64,000 nt of DNA from an uncultured Pseudomonadota bacterium (lineage in GTDB: Bacteria; Pseudomonadota; Alphaproteobacteria; JACZXZ01): assembly GCA_963749075.1 (NCBI GenBank), contig CAVVLJ010000016.1, positions 1,152,001-1,216,000 of the forward strand. Direction: 5' to 3'. The position numbers were made by a program, and so were the translations under genes. Shown here in pieces: positions 58,274-64,000 of this stretch (positions are counted from its first letter, which is position 1; each line of letters starts with the position of its first letter). The notes under the pieces were generated by a model that searched no databases, had not been told where the DNA came from, and saw only the letters and a list, made by a program, of their open reading frames with translations.

Positions 58274-58631
58274 CGTTCCGCTCCTTCAGGACGCGCAGGA
58301 TTTCATCGAAGAAATCGGCAATCAACTTCTCGGCGCTGACGAACCGATAGGGCCGGCCCTCGTCGGTTTCGTCACGGTGCCAATGATCGAAGGCCGCCTG
58401 CCGCCTGACGAACCCGCCCCCGCGGCGAGCGACCCCGTGCGCATTGTCGTAGCCCATCAGCCGCCGACCATCCGCGGCATGGAAGGTCAGCGAATACGAC
58501 ACGCCGTGAGGCTTCTCCGACGTCGGCGCGACCCTTTTGACCTTGAACCGTGCGACGTATCCCCCCTCGTAAATGATCTCTTCGCCGTCAAGGTCGAGCA
58601 GGTAGGCAAGGGTCGGATCGCCGCTGGCCAT
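58266..58631 (-). CDS. DUF6516 (TumE-type) putative toxin, copy 1
   Basis: LLDLDG, KPHG.SYSLT.H..DG.RL.GYDNAH, DHWH, PY.F..A..L..DF. Confidence 0.85.
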   Translation of the reverse strand: MASGDPTLAYLLDLDGEEIIYEGGYVARFKVKRVAPTSEKPHGVSYSLTFHAADGRRLMGYDNAHGVARRGGGFVRRQAAFDHWHRDETDEGRPYRFVSAEKLIADFFDEILRVLKERNDG

Positions 58632-58640
58632 TCCTACCCA

Positions 58641-58655
58641 TATCAGTTAGTGATA
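58641..58655. promoter_or_regulatory. palindromic operator upstream of the TA operon
   Basis: TATCA-GTTAG-TGATA; a TTATCAG half-site also precedes copy 2. Confidence 0.5.
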
Positions 58656-58833
58656 GGACTTGGCAATTGCAATCCGGGCCAACGGCAGGCGATCAGTCGG
58701 CTCTTGCGTTCGCCGTCATGGGCGTTCAGTCGCCACAATCCGGCTCACCGACGCGGGTATCGCTGCGGGCAAGGCAACGGATGAATCTCGTAACTATTTG
58801 ATCTAATGCGCCTATTCGTCCTGAAATCGCAGA

Positions 58834-58847
58834 CACCCCATCCGCCA
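58834..58847 (+). repeat. attR core (copy of tRNA-Ser 3' end)
   Basis: CACCCCATCCGCCA identical to 47306-47319. Confidence 0.85.
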
Positions 58848-58868
58848 CTTCAGAATAGAACTGCGAAC

Positions 58869-59246
58869 TCAGCCCGCCTTCCGCGACCACGTGAGCGGCA
58901 GGTCGAGTTCCACCCGGTCATGCGTCACCTTCGGCGTGATCCGCCCGCGCTCGCCGCGTTCCAGGCGGACCAAGCCGTAACCCGCCATCGTCTTCAACGT
59001 GCGCGACAGGTTGGACTTCGCCTTGCCGGTGATCCGCGCCAGTTCGTCGAGCGATCCGGGCGCCTCTTCCACGATCACCCGCAATAGGTCGCGGTTGCCG
59101 GCCGACAGGACCTTGGCGAAGGACTCGGTCGAGGTGAACCACACCTTCGGCTCGTCGGGCACGATGCGGTGCTCGCCGCGCGCCACCGCCATGGTGCGGG
59201 CCTTCATGTCCTCATAGCTGGCGATGCCCACCTTCAGGGTCGTCAT
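58869..59246 (-). CDS. HVO_A0114-like HTH antitoxin (TumA-type), copy 2
   Basis: TLKVGIASYEDMKART, KVWFTSTESFAKVLS, SNLSRTLKTM..YGLV. Confidence 0.88.
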   Translation of the reverse strand: MTTLKVGIASYEDMKARTMAVARGEHRIVPDEPKVWFTSTESFAKVLSAGNRDLLRVIVEEAPGSLDELARITGKAKSNLSRTLKTMAGYGLVRLERGERGRITPKVTHDRVELDLPLTWSRKAG

Positions 59247-59601
59247 GGGATCACTCCTCTCTCGCGCAGCACCGTGTCCACGGTGGTCCAGAAATCGCCG
59301 AGCAGCGTCGCCGCGTCCCGGTAGTCGTACGCCTTGATCGTCCGCAGCCGGTGGCGATGGTCCTGTGGCTCGCCGCGCTTCTGCTTCGCCACCGGATGCG
59401 CGTTGTCGAAACCGACCAGCCGCTCTCCGTCCGGGCCCCGTGCAGCGTCAGCGAGTAATCCAGCCCGTGCGGCTTCTCCGGCGACGTGGGCACCCGCGTG
59501 ACCACGAACCGAACCCAGTGCCCACCCTCCGGGTCCACCACGAGAACCTGCCCGTCGAGGTCGAGCAGCACATCGAGGGTCGGGTCGCGAGGCTCGGTCA
59601 C
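59243..59601 (-). pseudogene. DUF6516 (TumE-type) toxin, copy 2, frameshifted near 59435
   Basis: LLDLDG, KPHGLDYSLTLHG, then DGERLVGFDNAH in another frame. Confidence 0.8.
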
Positions 59602-59645
59602 GACAAAAAGTTATCAGACTAAAGCAACCAAGTCCAGGGAATTGG

Positions 59646-60138
59646 CCCGAGCGAGTTGACGAGCAGCCCCAGATAGCTCGGGTGGCGGATCACGCCATAG
59701 ACGCCGCTCGTGACCAGTCTGTGCCCGGATTGAATGGCGACCAGCCCGCTGAAGCGACGGCCGAGCACAAAGACCGGCCAGAGCCGCGCCGCACCGCCGG
59801 CAGCGAAGAGCACGACGCCGAGCCAGCGAATGGTATCGCCGTCGATGGTCAAGAACTCCTTGCGGTCCGCGTAGGCCGGCAGATAGGCGTCCAAGAGCCC
59901 GATCAGCCCAAGGGCTGCGATGACCCAGCGGTTGCCGCGATCCTCGCGCACGCCAGGACTTCAGATTTCCGCCGGCGAACAGCGCTACGCCGGCCATGAC
60001 GGCCAGCGCCAGCGCGAGTGCGATGAGCGCCGGGTGGGAGAAGAAGGCGGCAAACCCGTTCCAGCCGACGACGGCCAGCCCGCCATAGGCAGCGGTGCCC
60101 GCAACGACGAGTGCCGGTCTGACGGTTGGGATCGCCAT
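59646..60138 (-). pseudogene. isoprenylcysteine carboxyl methyltransferase family remnant (frameshifted, 3' truncated)
   Basis: LGRRFSGLVAIQ.GH.LVT.GVYG.IRHPSYLG; frameshift near 59961; C-terminal helices missing. Confidence 0.8.
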
Positions 60139-60344
60139 CGCGCCCGCCTGCCCCGCTCTCGATCATGCCGCTCGCGGATGTTGCCTGCCCTATGGGGCAC
60201 TCGCGAGCTGTCGGCGCAGCCAGGGGAGGATCGGGGCCGGATTGCAGATTAAATCCTGTTCGTTTGAAATGTTCGCACTTTTCATCCTCATCCGGCGCTG
60301 ACCCCATCGATCGCAATCTCGAGCTCTTCGCGCTCGCGGCAATC

Positions 60345-61619
60345 TCACCCGCGCGCAAGGCTCGCTGCGAGCGGCGGCCCGCCCGGGCGCATGGCGCGCC
60401 TGAGCGGCTTGACGGCGAGGAGTGCTAAGAGGCCCGTCGCCACGTCCATGGCGATGACCAGGCCGAAGACCGGGACCCAGCTCCCGGTCGCGTCGTGCAG
60501 AAGTGCCGCCACGGGCCCGCCGAGCACCGAGCCCACGCCCTGCGCCATATAGAGAAAGCCGTAGTTCGTAGTGGCGTGCGCGGTGCCGAAGCAGTCGGTC
60601 AGGGTCGAGGGGAAGAGCGAGAAAATCTCGCCCCAGGCGAAGAACACCAGGCCCGAGAGCACGACCATGGCGAGCGGGCTGGTGCGGAAGCTGAGCATGA
60701 GGAGGATCGCCGCACCCTCGAGGATGAAGGCGATGCCCATGGTGTTCTCGCGCCCGATGCGGTCCGAGACCCAGCCGAAGAAGGGGCGCGTCAGCCCGTT
60801 GGTGATGCGGTCGACCGTGAGGGCCAGCGGCAGCGCCGCGAAGCCGAGCACGGTCATGTCGGCGACGCCGAAGTCGTGCGCGAAGGCGGCGAACTGCGAG
60901 ATGACCATGAGCCCGCCCGTCGACATCATCGTCATCATGGCGAAGAGGAGCCAGAAGAGCGGCGTGCGCAGCATCTCTGCGGGTGCCGTGCCGCTCTGCG
61001 GTGCCGGCGCGGCGGCGGCAGGTCGTGTCTTGCCGCCGGGCGACTTCATGCCGAGCGCCGCCAGCACGCCCACGGCGCCGAGCACGATGCCGAAGACGAC
61101 GAGCGTGTGGCGGTAGCCCGCCGTTTTCAGCATGTCGGCGATGGGAAAGGTGGTGAGGATGGCGCCGAAGCCGTAGCCCGCCGCAACCATGCCGGTGGCG
61201 AAGCCGCGGCGGTCGGGGAACCACTTCACCATGAGCCCGATGATGCCGACGTAGACGATGCCGGTGCCGATGCCGCAGAGGCCGCCATAGGCGAGATAGA
61301 GCCCGACGATGCCGTCGATCTGGGCGGAGAGCACCCAGCCCGCACCGCTCATGGCGCAGCCGATGGCGATGAGCAGGCGCGGCCCGAAGCGCTCGATCAG
61401 CCAGCCCTGCAGCGGCGAGAGCCAGGTCTGCAGCACGATGAGGATCGAGAAGGTGACCTGGATGGCGGCGAGCCCGGCGCCGAGCGAGGTCTGGAACGGC
61501 TTGACGAAGAGCGTCCAGACATACTGCGGGCTCGAGATCGCCATCATGGCGATGAGCCCCAGCACGAGCTGGAGCCAGCGTCCCTTGGCAGCGGCGGCGA
61601 CGCCCGTGGCTGACGACAT
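60345..61619 (-). CDS. oxlT: oxalate:formate antiporter (OFA family MFS)
   Basis: SSPQYVWTLF, KWFPDRRG, NGLTRPFFGWVSDRIGRENTM, WGEIFSLFP, TNYGFLY. Confidence 0.9.
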   Translation of the reverse strand: MSSATGVAAAAKGRWLQLVLGLIAMMAISSPQYVWTLFVKPFQTSLGAGLAAIQVTFSILIVLQTWLSPLQGWLIERFGPRLLIAIGCAMSGAGWVLSAQIDGIVGLYLAYGGLCGIGTGIVYVGIIGLMVKWFPDRRGFATGMVAAGYGFGAILTTFPIADMLKTAGYRHTLVVFGIVLGAVGVLAALGMKSPGGKTRPAAAAPAPQSGTAPAEMLRTPLFWLLFAMMTMMSTGGLMVISQFAAFAHDFGVADMTVLGFAALPLALTVDRITNGLTRPFFGWVSDRIGRENTMGIAFILEGAAILLMLSFRTSPLAMVVLSGLVFFAWGEIFSLFPSTLTDCFGTAHATTNYGFLYMAQGVGSVLGGPVAALLHDATGSWVPVFGLVIAMDVATGLLALLAVKPLRRAMRPGGPPLAASLARG

Positions 61620-61868
61620 GGCCTCCTCCTTCCGCAAGGGACCGTCCGCGTCCCGAGCGGGTTACGACGCAAAGCCGATGCCAATCCACCAAAGGCCGCG
61701 GTCCGGAAGTCAAGGCGCGGAAATCACGGCGATTTTGGGATCGCGCTGCTGGTGCTGCGACGGCCGTCGCAGCCGCTTGCCTAGAAAATGACCGTCACTT
61801 GACGCAATGGCAGCCGTAGAAAGGGCAGAGCCAAGCGCGCCGGGAGACGGCTCGCCAAGTGCCGCCGG

Positions 61869-64000
61869 TCAATGGGCCACCGGCTTGGGCAGCGCCCGCA
61901 GGTCGAAGAAGTCGTTGCCGGCGAAGTAATAGGCGGGCTCCTGCACGTCGCGCCGCTCCGCCGCCTCGCGCGGCACCGTATCCTTCACATAGAGTGCCAG
62001 GTCGGTCACCCTCACCTTGCCGCGCTTCTGATAGTCGGCGGCACCGTCGAGCCCTTTCAGCACCACGTAGGTGAAGAGGCCGTGGCGCTGGTCAGCCGCC
62101 ACGGCGGCATCGGCGCTGTCGAGCGCCTCGCCGTTGGCCCCGGCCAGCACGATGCGCCCGGCCGAGTGCCCGAGGGTGTTGGTGAAGGTGTCGTTGCGCG
62201 CGGCGCGCTCGGTGGCATCGTTGACCGCGAGACCGCCGGCATAGCAGGTATCCAGCATGACGACCACGCGCGCCGCCGCGATGCCGCGGATCCACTCGAC
62301 CAGGCGGTCCTGGCCGACGCCCTCGTCGCGGAAGATGTCGCCGACCAGCTTGTTCCATTCGACGGCACTCAGCAGCCGGGTCAGGCGCTCGCGGTGCTGG
62401 ATGCCGAGCTCATAGGGGGCGAAATAGTAGCGGCCGTCGAGCGCCTCGCCGTGCCCGGCAAGGAAGATCAGCACCATGTCCTGCGGACGCGCCTTGGCGG
62501 CGATGGCGTGGAAGGCTTGCTCGATCCCGGCGGTGGTCGCCTGGCTGTCCACGAGCACGGTCGCCTCGGCCTTCTGGTAGATTTGCCCGGCGCTCTCCTT
62601 CATGGTCTCGGCGATGGCGCGCGCGTCGTTCGCCGCGGCCTCGAGCCTGAAGTCGGGAATCTCGTATTTGCTCACGCCGACGGCGAGAACGTAAAGCACG
62701 ATGTCGGAGGCGGCGGGCTGGACTGCCCCGCTGCCCGCAGCGGCGGTCGCCGCGGCGGCGGGAGATGCGGCAGCCGGCGGCGTGTAGCGGACGGTGACGG
62801 CTGGCCGTTCGCCGGCGCCCGTCTCCACCTCGCCGCTCGCGCTGAGCGCCGAGAGCTCGATGCGATTGGCCCCCGGCGCCACCGGCAGGCGGCGCTCCTC
62901 GAGCGCGCTGGCGCCGGCGACGGTGCGCTTCTTCTCGCCCTCGATCACGGCGCCGTCCCGCCGCATGAGCACGTCGCCGATGCCGCCCCCGCGGTCATCG
63001 AGGCGGAGCTTGAGGAGCACCTCCGGCGTGGCGACCGCGATGGTCGCGTCGCCGGGCTCGTGGCAGGGCCCGTCGGGCGCCTCGCACACCTCGTTGAGCA
63101 CGAGGCGCGGCGGCAGCCCTTGGCCGAGCGCCTTCTCGGCCGGCGCCTCGCCGGCAGTCGCCGGCGGCCCTGCCGCTGCGGCGAAGCGCGACAGCACCAG
63201 ATCGCGGCGATAGAAGCGGTCGTACATCTGGTCGACGGTGACGAAATCGGCCAGCCGCTCCTTGCCGTGGTCGATATGGTAGCCGATCAGGCTCTCGCCG
63301 CCGGGACCGTCGTCATCGGCCGGGCTGTGATCGAAATAGCCGTCGGGCGTCCAGGCGATCCAGCGCCGCCCGTCGGCGTGGACGAAGACCGCCATCACCT
63401 CGCCGCCGCCGTCCGCGGCGTACCAGCGCAGGGTGCCGTCGCCGAGCGCTGCGACGACATAGCGGCCGTCGCCGGAGAGCCCGACCGTCCAGGCCGGCGC
63501 CGGCAGGACTTGGCGCCAGTCCTGGCGGCCGCCGCGGTAGAAGCGCAGGTAGAAGTCGGTGCCGAGCGCCACCGCGCTGCCGTCGCGGGCAACCGCGACG
63601 CTGCGCGCGATCTCGTTGGGCTCGAGCACGAGCGGCTGGCCGTTGGCGCTGGGATTCGTGCCGTTCCGCCAGCCGCTCACCGACATGTCCGCGGCCTCGG
63701 CACGGGGCGCCGTCAGGCCGTCGGCGCCGGCTGCAAGGGGAGCAAGCTTGCGGGCGCGCAGATCGAAGACCAGCGCCTTGCCGCCCCGCGGGCCGAGCGC
63801 GAAGGCCACCCGGTTGCCGTCGGCGGAGACCGCGAAGCCGTGCTCGTAGCCGTCGCGGAAATCGCCTTGCTGGCGCCCGCGGGAGAAGAGCGCCCTGCCG
63901 CCCGCGTCGAGGCGGCCGAAGCTCGGTCCCGCCGTGGCCCAGAGGAGGCCGCCGTCGGGCAGGGCGGCAAGGTCGCTCACCGTGTCGCTGCCGGCGAGCG
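61869..64000 (-). CDS. WD40 beta-propeller / caspase-family (peptidase C14) protein, 5' end outside the window
   Basis: WD-like repeats (SADG, DGTLRW, WIAWTPDGYF), LAVGVSKY, FLAGHG, LDTCYAG, HGLFT. Confidence 0.9.
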   Translation of the reverse strand, partial: LAGSDTVSDLAALPDGGLLWATAGPSFGRLDAGGRALFSRGRQQGDFRDGYEHGFAVSADGNRVAFALGPRGGKALVFDLRARKLAPLAAGADGLTAPRAEAADMSVSGWRNGTNPSANGQPLVLEPNEIARSVAVARDGSAVALGTDFYLRFYRGGRQDWRQVLPAPAWTVGLSGDGRYVVAALGDGTLRWYAADGGGEVMAVFVHADGRRWIAWTPDGYFDHSPADDDGPGGESLIGYHIDHGKERLADFVTVDQMYDRFYRRDLVLSRFAAAAGPPATAGEAPAEKALGQGLPPRLVLNEVCEAPDGPCHEPGDATIAVATPEVLLKLRLDDRGGGIGDVLMRRDGAVIEGEKKRTVAGASALEERRLPVAPGANRIELSALSASGEVETGAGERPAVTVRYTPPAAASPAAAATAAAGSGAVQPAASDIVLYVLAVGVSKYEIPDFRLEAAANDARAIAETMKESAGQIYQKAEATVLVDSQATTAGIEQAFHAIAAKARPQDMVLIFLAGHGEALDGRYYFAPYELGIQHRERLTRLLSAVEWNKLVGDIFRDEGVGQDRLVEWIRGIAAARVVVMLDTCYAGGLAVNDATERAARNDTFTNTLGHSAGRIVLAGANGEALDSADAAVAADQRHGLFTYVVLKGLDGAADYQKRGKVRVTDLALYVKDTVPREAAERRDVQEPAYYFAGNDFFDLRALPKPVAH

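Larger units (their letters stand above)
47306..58847. mobile_element. integrative mobilizable element inserted at the tRNA-Ser 3' end
   Basis: 14-bp direct repeat CACCCCATCCGCCA at 47306-47319 and 58834-58847; contains integrase, excisionase-like HTH, relaxase and lower-GC cargo. Confidence 0.88.

Noticed and set aside
47306-58847. Prophage or self-transmissible ICE
   Set aside because: No capsid, terminase, tail, T4SS or coupling protein genes.
60301-60308. ACCCCATC as a second, older attR
   Set aside because: Only 8 bp match the tRNA end, which is too short to distinguish from chance.

Overview
High-GC (about 70%) alphaproteobacterial chromosome segment, Rhodospirillales-like by gene order, that probably spans the replication terminus: a well-formed dif (XerC/XerD) site lies at 28749-28776 and housekeeping gene orientation flips around it. 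The core backbone has two tandem PAS-GGDEF(degenerate)-EAL genes, cinA-pgpA-ispDF, ntrB-ntrC-ntrY-ntrX, dat, a HAD hydrolase, hfq-hflX, mazG, and mltB-rlpA-dacA-tmk-holB-metG-(speB)-tatD-MBL hydrolase. Three accessory loci stand out. (1) A translationally coupled four-gene operon at 18541-24072 encodes an FHA-TM-trypsin protease, a PP2C phosphatase, a membrane Ser/Thr kinase whose extracytoplasmic tip is a degenerate staphylococcal-nuclease-like domain, and a secreted trypsin protease. (2) Next to dif is an orphan secreted protein whose signal-peptide cleavage would expose Thr1 of a proteasome-beta/HslV-like Ntn fold. (3) An approximately 11.5 kb integrative mobilizable element in tRNA-Ser(TGA) is bounded by a 14-bp att repeat and carries an integrase, a serine resolvase with a duplicated 3' end bracketing cargo genes, HEPN-like and PD-(D/E)xK-like genes, toxin-antitoxin pairs and a DUF3363 relaxase. 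Several genes carry single-base frameshifts that may be assembly errors. All protein calls are from motif recognition by eye; no database searches were run.
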